NCBI GenBank assembly: GCA_002269645.1
Contig: NIVC01000419.1
Location: 186,001 to 250,000, forward strand
From: Macrostomum lignano
Taxonomy: Eukaryota
DNA length: 64,000 bases
Direction of reading: 5' to 3'
Below the pieces are notes generated by a model. That model saw nothing but the letters and a program-made list of their open reading frames with translations. It was not told the DNA's origin and searched no databases. This document shows, in pieces, positions 24,869 to 36,800 of this stretch; position 1 is the stretch's first letter; the number at the start of each line of letters is the position of its first letter. The translations under genes were made by a program, and so were the position numbers.

Positions 24869-25675
24869 ATGAAGTACCCATGAGCATGAAGTACCCATGA
24901 GCATGAAGTACCCATGAGCATGAAGTACCCATGAGCATGAAGTACCCATGAGCATGAAGTACCCATGAGCATGAAGTACCCATGAGCATGAAGTACCCAT
25001 GAGCATGAAGTACCCATGAGCATGAAGTACCCATGAGCATGAAGTACCCATGAGCATGAAGTACCCATGAGAATGAAGTACCCATGAGCATGAAGTACCC
25101 ATGAGCATGAAGTACCCATGAGCATGAAGTACCCATGAGCATGAAGTACCCATGAGCATGAAGTACCCATGAGCATGAAGTACCCATGAGCATGAAGTAC
25201 CCATGAGCATGAAGTACCCATGAGCATGAAGTACCCATGAGCATGAAGTACCCATGAGCATGAAGTACCCATGAGCATGAAGTACCCATGAGCATGAAGT
25301 ACCCATGAGCATGAAGTACCCATGAGCATGAAGTACCCATGAGCATGAAGTACCCATGAGCATGAAGTACCCATGAGCATGAAGTACCCATGAGCATGAA
25401 GTACCCATGAGCATGAAGTACCCATGAGCATGAAGTACCCATGAGCATGAAGTACCCATGAGCATGAAGTACCCATGACCATGAAGTACCCATGAGCATG
25501 AAGTACCCATGAGCATGAAGTACCCATGAGCATGAAGTACCCATGAGCATGAAGTACCCATGAGCATGAAGTACCGATGAGCATAAAAGTATCCATGAAG
25601 TACCCTGAAGTATCCATGAAGTACCCATGAAGTAAGCCATGAAGTACCCATGAAGTACCTATGAAGTATCCATGC
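24869..25675. repeat. 17-bp minisatellite GAAGTACCCATGAGCAT, ~42 copies, plus an 11-bp truncated-unit tail
   Basis: Period 17, highly homogeneous. Confidence 0.95.
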
Positions 25676-26021
25676 CTAGGTACAGCTTCAGCATAAAAAC
25701 ATTTTATTGTATTTACCGTATTTTATTGACTGGAAATAGATTTTTTCACGTAAAGGTTGTGACTGAGGGATATTGAAAAAAATCAATTAAAATTTCCAAT
25801 CGATTCCATCATGACGATTCCAAATTCCTATCTGTGTAATATTTCGTAAAGTAGTCAAAATGAAGGAAAACGTTATTGAAATCCTGTTGGGAATACACGA
25901 GCAGAGGCTTTACACGTAGTTAATGGTGATGGCGGAAATTTTCAGAAAAAAATTAATGCCAACGCTTTTAAGGGCCTTTCTACCGAGTGAAAACCATAAG
26001 AAGACAAAATGCGGTAAATGC

Positions 26022-26092
26022 AGCTACCCTGCTACCCTGCTACCCTGCTACCCTGCTACCCCAGCTACCCTGCAACCCTGCTACCCTGCTAC
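26022..26092. repeat. 8-bp repeat CTACCCTG, ~9 copies
   Basis: Read directly. Confidence 0.85.
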
Positions 26093-26627
26093 TTCACTCT
26101 CCACCCCAATCTACCATCACGTACATGTAGTTACCTCTTTACCTCACCTACATTTCTACTCCTCTATTTTCCCAGTGACCTTTGTTTTTCGCCTCAGCAT
26201 CACCATGCCTCAAGTGGAAGGCAATATTAGTACGAGCTATCAATAAAGACAGCACAGGAGCAGGCACTCCATCACCAACACCGGTTGTCATTCTACAGAA
26301 ACTAAATTAGTTCGCTAAAAAGTCGCCGTAGGACTCGCCACTTTCAGCTGGCAGCTGTCTGATCACAGCATCCTGCAAATGCGGGAAAACACCCGAAACA
26401 GAGAAAATCGCCTCCTAAGCCAGGCGCGACTTCCCATAGCAAGCATCAGGTGTGGTTCTATTCGTAAATAATTGAGTTCAACTCAAAGCACCTTGTTTAT
26501 GCTGACTCCGTTAACTGTGTCTACTTACTGGTGTATGTACCAAGTATATAATTAGCAGGGGGGATTTCTAGTCATTACGAGCTAAATATCCGTACAATCT
26601 TTTTATTACAAGAAATAATCATTTTAT

Positions 26628-29600
26628 GCATATTGCACACTGTAGTTGATGCATGTTGTACACTGTAATTTGATGCATATTGTACACTGTAATTTGATGC
26701 ACATTGTACACTGTAATTTGATGCATATTGTACACTGTAGTTGATGCATATTGCACACTGTAGTTGATGCATATTGCACACTGTAGTTGATGCATATTGC
26801 ACACTGTAGTTGATGCATATTGCACACTGTAGTTGATGCATATTGCACACTGTAGTTGATGCATATTGCACACTGTAATTTGATGCATATTGCACACTGT
26901 AATTTGATGCATATTGCACACTGTAGTTGATGCATATTGCACACTGTAATTTGATGCATATTGTACACTGTAATTTGATGCATATTGTACACTGTAGTTG
27001 ATGCATATTGTACACTGTAGTTGATGCATATTGTACACTGTAATTTGATGCATATTGTACACTGTAGTTGATGCATATTGTACACTGTAGTTGATGCATA
27101 TTGTACACTGTAATTTGATGCATATTGTACACTGTAATTTGATGCATATTGTACACTGTAATTTGATGCATATTGTACACTGTAGTTGATGCATATTGCA
27201 CACTGTAATTTGATGCATATTGCACACTGTAATTTGATGCATATTGCACACTGTAGTTGATGCATATTGCACACTGTAGTTGATGCATATTGCACACTGT
27301 AGTTGATGCATATTGCACACTGTAATTTGATGCATATTGCACACTGTAATTTGATGCATATTGCACACTGTAGTTGATGCATATTGCACACTGTAATTTG
27401 ATGCATATTGCACACTGTAATTTGATGCATATTGCACACTGTAGTTGATGCATATTGCACACTGTAATTTGATGCATATTGTACACTGTAATTTGATGCA
27501 TATTGTACACTGTAGTTGATGCATATTGTACACTGTAGTTGATGCATATTGTACACTGTAATTTGATGCATATTGTACACTGTAATTTGATGCATATTGT
27601 ACACTGTAGTTGATGCATATTGTACACTGTAATTTGATGCATATTGTACACTGTAGTCGATGCATATTGTACACTGTAGTTGATGAATATTGTACACTGT
27701 AGTTGATGCATATTGCACACTGTAATTTGATGCATATTGTACACTGTAATTTGATGCATATTGTACACTGTAGTTGATGCATATTGTACACTGTAGTTGA
27801 TGCATGTTGTACACTGTAATTTGATGCATATTGTACACTGTAGTTGATGCATATTGTACACTGTAATTTAATGCATATTGTACACTGTAGTTGATGCATA
27901 TTGCACACTGTAGTTGATGCATATTGCACACTGTAGTTGATGCATATTGCACACTGTAATTTGATGCATATTGTACACTGTAGTTGATGCATATTGCACA
28001 CTGTAGTTGATGCATATTGCACACTGTAGTTGATGCATATTGCACACTGTAATTTGATGCATATTGCACACTGTAATTTGATGCATATTGCACACTGTAG
28101 TTGATGCATATTGCACACTGTAATTTGATGCATATTGTACACTGTAATTTGATGCATATTGTACACTGTAGTTGATGCATATTGTACACTGTAGTTGATG
28201 AATATTGTACACTGTAATTTGATGCATATTGTACACTGTAGTCGATGCATATTGTACACTGTAGTTGATGCATATTGTACACTGTAATTTGATGCATATT
28301 GTACACTGTAGTTGATGCATATTGTACACTGTAATTTGATGCATATTGTACACTGTAGTCGATGCATATTGTACACTGTAGTTGATGAATATTGTACACT
28401 GTAGTTGATGCATATTGCACACTGTAATTTGATGCATATTGTACACTGTAGTTGATGCATATTGTACACTGTAGTTGATGCATATTGTACACTGTAATTT
28501 GATGCATATTGTACACTGTAGTTGATGCATATTGTACACTGTAGTTGATGCATATTGTACACTGTAATTTGATGCATATTGTACACTGTAATTTGATGCA
28601 TATTGTACACTGTAATTTGATGCATATTGTACACTGTAGTTGATGCATATTGTACACTGTAATTTGATGCATATTGTACACTGTAGTCGATGCATATTGT
28701 ACACTGTAGTTGATGAATATTGTACACTGTAGTTGATGCATATTGCACACTGTAATTTGATGCATATTGTACACTGTAATTTGATGCATATTGTACACTG
28801 TAGTTGATGCATATTGTACACTGTAGTTGATGCATGTTGTACACTGTAATTTGATGCATATTGTACACTGTAGTTGATGCATATTGTACACTGTAGTTGA
28901 TGAATATTGTACACTGTAATTTGATGCATATTGTACACTGTAATTTGATGCATATTGTACACTGTAGTTGATGCATATTGTACACTGTAATTTGATGCAT
29001 ATTGTACACTGTAATTTGATGCATATTGTACACTGTAGTTGATGCATATTGTACACTGTAATTTGATGCATATTGTACACTGTAGTCGATGCATATTGTA
29101 CACTGTAGTTGATGAATATTGTACACTGTAGTTGATGCATATTGCACACTGTAATTTGATGCATATTGTACACTGTAATTTGATGCATATTGTATTGTAC
29201 AATATGCATCACTGTAGTTGATGCATATTGTACACTGTAGTTGATGCATGTTGTACACTGTAATTTGATGCATATTGCACACTGTAGTTGATGCATATTG
29301 CACACTGTAGTTGATGCATATTGCACACTGTAGTTGATGCATATTGCACACTGTAGTTGATGCATATTGCACACTGTAGTTGATGCATATTGCACACTGT
29401 AGTTGATGCATATTGCACACTGTAATTTGATGCATATTGTACACTGTAGTTGATGCATATTGCACACTGTAGTTGATGCATATTGCACACTGTAGTTGAT
29501 GCATATTGCACACTGTAATTTGATGCATATTGCACACTGTAATTTGATGCATATTGCACACTGTAGTTGATGCATATTGCACACTGTAATTTGATGCATA

Positions 29601-30285
29601 TTGTACACTGTAATTTGATGCATATTGTACACTGTAGTTGATGCATATTGTACACTGTAGTTGATGAATATTGTACACTGTAATTTGATGCATATTGTAC
29701 ACTGTAGTTGATGCATATTGTACACTGTAGTTGATGCATATTGTACACTGTAATTTGATGCACATTGTACACTGTAATTTGATGCACATTGCACACTGTA
29801 ATTTGATGCATGTTGTACACTGTAGTTGATGCATATTGTACACTGTAATTTGATGCACATTGTACACTGTAATTTGATGCATATTGTACACTGTAATTTG
29901 ATGCACATTGTACACTGTAATTTGATGCATGTTGTACACTGTAGTTGATGCATATTGTACACTGTAATTTGATGCACATTGTACACTGTAATTTGATGCA
30001 TATTGTACACTGTAATTTGATGCACATTGTACACTGTAATTTGATGCATGTTGTACACTGTAGTTGATGCATATTGTACACTATGATATGAGGCATATCG
30101 TACACTGTAGTTGATGCATATTGTACACTATGATATGAGGCATATCGTACACTGTAGTTGATGCATATTGTACACTGTAGTTGATGAATATTGTACACTG
30201 TAGTTGATGCATATTGTACACTGTAGTTGATGCATATTTTACACTGTAGTTGATAAATATTGTACACTGTAGTTGATGCATATTT
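26628..30285. repeat. 23/24-bp minisatellite TTGATGCATATTG(T/C)ACACTGTA(G/AT), ~155 copies
   Basis: Two length variants interspersed over 3.65 kb. Confidence 0.95.
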
Positions 30286-30626
30286 TCTTATTTTCTAAAT
30301 GTGCTAGTAGCAAAATGATGACTAATTCATAAACAATTGAAATAAACACATTGAGGCACTGATATAATCCTATGCTTTACCCACTCGAGCATTATTTAGT
30401 AGATAGGGATTGAAAAGCTGCTTCAAAAGCTCAGGTGTTCACTCTCCTATCGCGCAGCGCATCGTCCAATCCCGTTCCAGGATAATTAACGTGGGTGAAT
30501 CAACAAACGGCTTGAGGCGTGATGAAAACGACAGATTAAAAGCTTCTGGATTTAGTCCGCGTTTCATGCAGTGCCTCAGGAAATTGACAAAAAACACATT
30601 CGAAGACGCACCAGAGGAACACAGAA

Positions 30627-31871
30627 ATGCATCTGTCTTCAGCCATTGATAGAGCCTTCTGGTTATGCAACCTGGTGCTAAGCGCCATCGGCCTAGTGTG
30701 CAACGCGTTTGCTATCTTCATCTTTGCCCGAATGCTGCTACAACGACGCCACAGAGCCAGCGCTTCGCTGATGGCTTTCGCCATTCTCTGTGTAAGCAAT
30801 TTCGCATTCGATACGTTCAACTGCGCGTTTAGCGCCCAGTTCCTGCTGCAGGACCAGTCAGAGCCCGTACTGCTGCTGGAGGACAGCCAGCTGATTACTA
30901 TCGGCTTGGATAGCATCGTGATGAAGAACTCGACAAAACCGGATCTTGGACTAGATTACGGCTTGGAGCTGTTCAGTTTGCTCAACTCGAGCAGCCTGCC
31001 AGCTGAGGTTGTCTCGGACAGTCAGTTCTCGCTGCGCTTTCTGGCGCTCTTCTGCATGACTAACGGGTTTCTGTTTGGCCGGAACTGGTGGATCACCCTG
31101 TTGTCGCTGGTTCGCTGCCTGATCATCATCAGTCCGATTCAAGCCCGACGCCGGATCACCCGTCGACTTTACGTTCGTTTCTGGTGCGTCTGCACCGTTG
31201 GCAGTCTGACCTCGGCCGTCGTTCGATTTGTCGCATTTCGACTTCAGGCAACAACGCTAGAGAAGATTGTCATCGTTCTGCAGCTGCCAGTGCCCAACTG
31301 CCTAGTGCTGGTGAGTACTGTGCTAATCGTGCTCAATCTTGCTAAGAAGCGTTGCCGATGTCCTCAGAGGCAGTGGCTGCATGGACAGACACAGCAGCGT
31401 CAGCAGCATCGATCGGACGTCCGCCTGGGCCCAGCCATGCAGCTTCACGTGCTCGCTCTCCATGGCTACCAAGCTGTCGCTATTGCCGAAGTTGTTCAAG
31501 AAGGCGACGAGCCTCAGAGTTGCTACAGTGGCGAAGACAACCGAGGCCCGTCAGGAAAAATGGCAGCTATGTCGGCAGTGACACCTCCAATCGTCAGCTC
31601 TACAATGACTCAGCAGGAGCTTCAACAGCAGCAGCGACTGATTCGAGCAACCACCAACGTTGTAGCCATCGCTCTGGCCTTCATTGTGCTGGAGACTCCC
31701 GGCAGCTTGATGGAGCTGATTGGCTACAGGTTCAGCAGCAGCGTGCACATTTCCAACATCTTGGTTGGCATTGACTCTATGCTGAATCTGTTTCTGTTCG
31801 TTTGTACCAGCGATCAGGTGCGCAAAGAGATCTCCACTCTGACTGGGAGGTTGTGTCGTCATCGTGGCTGA
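30627..31871 (+). CDS. Intronless orphan class-A (rhodopsin-like) 7TM GPCR, peptide-receptor/Srw-like
   Basis: 414-aa ORF with seven hydrophobic segments. TM1 GLVCN, TM3 end LSLVRC..ISP (DRY-equivalent), TM6 FIVLETP, TM7 DSMLNLFLF (NPxxY-equivalent). Confidence 0.85.
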   Translation: MHLSSAIDRAFWLCNLVLSAIGLVCNAFAIFIFARMLLQRRHRASASLMAFAILCVSNFAFDTFNCAFSAQFLLQDQSEPVLLLEDSQLITIGLDSIVMKNSTKPDLGLDYGLELFSLLNSSSLPAEVVSDSQFSLRFLALFCMTNGFLFGRNWWITLLSLVRCLIIISPIQARRRITRRLYVRFWCVCTVGSLTSAVVRFVAFRLQATTLEKIVIVLQLPVPNCLVLVSTVLIVLNLAKKRCRCPQRQWLHGQTQQRQQHRSDVRLGPAMQLHVLALHGYQAVAIAEVVQEGDEPQSCYSGEDNRGPSGKMAAMSAVTPPIVSSTMTQQELQQQQRLIRATTNVVAIALAFIVLETPGSLMELIGYRFSSSVHISNILVGIDSMLNLFLFVCTSDQVRKEISTLTGRLCRHRG

Positions 31872-31924
31872 TATGAGCATTCGAAAACTAACTCGTAAAC
31901 TGACTAATCATTGCGAATTCCCAA

Positions 31925-32550
31925 ATGCCCCTTCATACCTGCACCCAGTGTCCCTTCATACCTGCATCCAATGTCCCTTCATACCTGCACCCAGTGTCCA
32001 TACCTGCATCCAATGTCCCTTCATACCAGCACCCATTGTCCATAACTGCACCCAATGTCCCTTCATACCTGCACCCAGTGTCCCTTCATACCTGCATCCA
32101 ATGTCCCTTCATACCAGCACCCATTGTCCATAACTGCACCCAATGTCCCTTCATACCTGCACCCAGTGTCCCTTCATACCTGCACCCAGTGTCCCTTCAT
32201 ACCTGCACCCAATATCCCTTCATACCTGCACCCAATGTCCCTTCATACCTGCACCCAATGTCCCTTCATACCTGCACCCAGTGTCCCTTCATACCTGCAC
32301 CCAGTGTCCCTTCATACCTGCACCCAGTGTCCCTTCATACCTGCACCCAGTGTCCCTTCATACCTGCACCCAGTGTCCCTTCATACCTGCACCCAGTATA
32401 CCTTCATACCTGCACCCAGTGTCCCTTCATACCTGCACCCAGTGTCCCTTCATACCTGCACCCAGTGTCCCTTCATACCTGCACCCAGTATACCTTCATA
32501 CCTGCACCCAGTGTCCCTTCATACCTGCACGCAGTGTCCCTTCATACCTA
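31925..32550. repeat. 23-bp minisatellite CCCTTCATACCTGCACCCAGTGT, ~27 copies
   Basis: Period 23. Starts about 55 bp after the GPCR stop. Confidence 0.95.
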
Positions 32551-33205
32551 TATCCCGTGCACTAATCGTAAATCTTATGAAACAAGTTATCATTCCAATT
32601 TGCTGTTATTGTTGTTTCAAAAAACACCACTAAATAAAACCAAAATGAATCGCTTTTTCCGATAACATTATAATCTAGATAAGATCAAAAGTTAAATCAG
32701 TTCAAATCGGCTCATAAACCTAGTAGTTTCAATTCCCATTTCCTTTCAATGCTAACATGTAGATGTGAACTGCCCAATCTGACTCTCCACTGCAATGCAG
32801 CGCGGACTGAAGAAGGTCAAAATGCTTAGCCTTCTCAGTAGTCAGGCGCTTGGCCTAAAATCTCTTTTTTCACATTTGCAAAGAGAATAAATACGAGCTA
32901 GCAATGGGGCTTAGATCGTATGCAGCTTAGAGAAGTTCGATTTTTTTGGGAATTTCTTATCGTATATCTGAACTTATCGGCACAAACAGAAGTTTTCTCA
33001 TTTGTAGATTGAGCGTCATTGTCCTTTAAGGCGTTATCAAAGGATTACCTAATAATGAATTAGCTGGCATTTTGAGCGAAAGTCCACTTGTCCAGCGTGT
33101 ACCACATGGAAAACAAAAGTGCAAGCAGGCTGCACTTCCAAATTGCAATTCGCTGTTTTTCAGCTTTTCAATAGCTCGATAAACTATAGTCTCTTGACTC
33201 AGCTG

Positions 33206-33482
33206 CAGACAGACAGACAGACAGACACACAGACACTAAGACAGACACTAAGACAGACACTAAGACAGACACTAGGACAGACACTAAGACAGACACTAAG
33301 ACAGACACTAAGACAGACACTAAGACAGACACTAAGACAGACACTAAGACAGACACTAAGACAGACAGACAGACAGACAGACACTAAGACAGACACTAAG
33401 ACAGACACTAAGACAGACAGACAGACAGACAGACACACAGGCACTAAGACAGACACTAAGACAGACAGACAGACAGACACTA

Positions 33483-33515
<33 letters not shown>

Positions 33516-33842
33516 CACAGGCACTAAGACAGACACTAAGACAGACAGACAGACAGACAGACACACAGACACTAAGACAGACACTAAGACAGACACTAAG
33601 ACAGACAGACAGACACACAGACACTAAGACAGACACTAAGACAGACACTAAGACAGACAGACAGACAGACAGACACACAGACACTAAGACAGACACTAAG
33701 ACAGACAGACAGACAGACAGACACACAGACACTAAGACAGACACTAAGACAGACACTAAGACAGACACTAAGACAGACACTAAGACAGACAGACACACAG
33801 GCACTAAGACAGACACTAAGACAGACAGACAGACAGACACTA

Positions 33843-33879
<37 letters not shown>
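33206..33879 (+). repeat. Compound (ACAG)n microsatellite with ACAGACACTAAG variant units (outer flank of A)
   Basis: Read directly from the sequence. Confidence 0.95.
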
Positions 33880-33884
33880 TACCG

Positions 33885-36800
33885 CTGTCTGTGTGTTTAG
33901 CGGGACCAGAGTTTTGTTAATGCATTAGGTGGACCACCTAGTTTCCTTATAAAACCGGTGTCTTTTGTCTCTACACGAAAAGTTAGCGTGGGTTGTCTTT
34001 CAGTTTAGCCTGCAGATTAGCCATCTCGTGGAAACTGCATGTCACTTTCAACTGGGATAGCTGGACCAGCCCGGACCTGTTTTAGGTGGACCTTCAAAAA
34101 GACACCGTTTAGGTGGACCATCATTTATTTAGCAGAGTACTGGGATTATTATCGACCCAGTACTGTTAAGCACGAGAAACAACACTAAAAGTCCCGTGAC
34201 AGAAGTCCCAAATACACAATATGTAATAAAGTGAAAATAATGCATTCAGTTCTACTTTGCGCCGGACTCAAGAACCGATCATCCCCATTAAAAACAAATG
34301 AATCAAATGCAACTAATTTTTAGGCCGAGAAAAATAGTTACAAGTGCAAATTAACGGCCAAGCAAAAGTTTAAATAGCAAAAAGTCATATTTGTTTTTCA
34401 CTAGAATAATGATAAACCTAAAGAAACACACTTAACGTCCCAAATATGTGCCAAAAGGCAAGTAGATTGACGACGATATAATTAATAAATTACATTTGCC
34501 CAATAAATTTCACGTATTACAATAGAACAACTTTCCACTCAATTTTTGAAAAATGAAAAAAAGTTTTAACGGACGGACAAGACATGTTACGACGGATAGC
34601 GGAATCATCTCACAGAAAGCCACAAGCTGTCGCAGTCAATATCATCATAAACAAACTTTTGCGGTTGAGCACAAAAAAATCGTCTTCATTTTGCCGGAGT
34701 TGCTTGCGTCACTCGTCTGCATCAAAGCTGACTTGCCGTCTCCAGACTGGGCCTGTCAAATTTGGCATTTATACGAGAATTAAGGATTGACAGTTTACAA
34801 CTGATATTCTACTGAGACTTTGAAACAGACTGGCATATTGGTGTCAGTACAGTCTGTAGGTTAGCTGGACCACCTAAACTTGAATTCCACCTCCTATCTG
34901 TGAGGCTCTTCAACAGACTGGCTCAGTTGCGTCAGTGCAGTCTGTAGGTTAGCTGGACCTCCTAAACTTGAATTCCACCTCCTATCTGTGAGGCTCTTAA
35001 ACAGACTGGATCAGTTGCGTCAGTACAGTCTGTAGGTTAGCTGGACCTCCTAAACTTGAATTCCACCCCATCTGTGAAGCTCTAAAACAGACTGGCTCTG
35101 TGACGTCAGTACAGTCTGTAGGTTAGCTGGACCAGTTCAATTAGAATAGGATAAGCCAAATCTGAACACTTTTGCAGCAAGCTTACCACAGTAGATTCAA
35201 TCTCGTCCTATGACTGAACTGCGATGAGGCAACACGTCTGTCCACCGGACTGACCAGCGTCTCAGGTGCCTCAGCCGACTTCTTAGAAGTGTCCAGACGT
35301 GAGGTGTCAGCCTATAGTCGACTTAATGGCTCTTGGCCTTTAAAGTCTTGGTCGATATATTGCTGGAGTTGCTTGCGTCACTCGTCTGCATCAAAGCTGA
35401 CTTGCCGTCTCCAGACTGGGCCTGTCAAATTTGGCATTTATACGAGAATTAAGGATTGACAGTTTACAACTGATATTCTACTGAGACTTTGAAACAGACT
35501 GGCATATTGGTGTCAGTACAGTCTGTAGGTTAGCTGGACCACCTAAACTTGAATTCCACCTCCTATCTGTGAGGCTCTTCAACAGACTGGCTCAGTTGCG
35601 TCAGTGCAGTCTGTAGGTTAGCTGGACCTCCTAAACTTGAATTCCACCCCATCTGTGAAGCTCTAAAACAGACTGGCTCTGTGGCGTCAGTACAGTCTCT
35701 AGGTTAGCTGGACCAGTTCAATTAGAATAGGATAAGCCAAATCTGAACACTTTTGCAGCAAGCTTACCACAGTAGACTCAATCTCGTCCTATGACTGAAC
35801 TGCGATGAGGCAACACGTCTGTCCACCGGACTGACCAGCGTCTCAGGTGCCTCAGCCGACTTCTTAGAAGTGTCCAGACGTGAGGTGTCAGCCTATAGTC
35901 GACTTAATGACTCTTGGTCTTAAAGTCTTGGTCGATATCTTGCTGGAGTTGCTTGCGTCACTCGTCTGCATCAAAGCTGACTTGCCGTCTCCAGACTGGG
36001 CCTGTCAAATTTGGCATTTATACGAGAATTAAGGATTGACAGTTTACAACTGATAATCTACTGAGACTTTGAAACAGACTGGCATATTGGTGTCAGTACA
36101 GTCTGTAGGTTAGCTGGACCACCTAAACTTGAATTCCACCTCCTATCTGTGAGGCTCTTCAACAGACTGGCTCAGTTGCGTCAGTGCAGTCTGTAGGTTA
36201 GCTGGACCACCTAAACTTGAATTCCACCTCCTATCTGTGAGGCTCTTCAACAGACTGGCTCAGTTGCGTCAGTACAGTCTGTAGGTTAGCTGGACCTCCT
36301 AAACTTGAATTCCACCCCATCTGTGAAGCTCTAAAACAGACTGGCTCTGTGGCGTCAGTACAGTTTCTAGGTTAGCTGGACCAGTTCAATTAGAATAGGA
36401 TAAGCCAAATCTGAACACTTTTGCAGCAAGCTTACCACAGTAGATTCAATCTCGTCCTATGACTGAACTGCGATGAGGCAACACGTCTGTCTACCGGACT
36501 GACCAGCGTCTCAGGTGCCTCAGCCGACTTCTTAGAAGTGTCCAGACGTGAGGTGTCAGCCTATAGTCGACTTAATGGCTCTTGGCCTTTAAAGTCTTGG
36601 TCGATATCTTGCTGGAGTTGCTTGCGTCACTCGTCTGCATCAAAGCTGACTTGCCGTCTCCAGACTGGGCCTGTCAAATTTGGCATTTATACGAGAATTA
36701 AGGATTGACAGTTTACAACTGATATTCTACTGAGACTTTGAAACAGACTGGCATAGTGGTGTCAGTACAGTCTGTAGGTTAGCTGGACCTCCTGGACTTG

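Noticed and set aside
24770-25651. Three overlapping 267-293 aa ORFs
   Set aside because: Translation of a 17-bp minisatellite.
26575-30281. Very long ORFs (up to 1144 aa)
   Set aside because: Translation of a stop-free 23/24-bp minisatellite, with the same peptide cycling through all frames.
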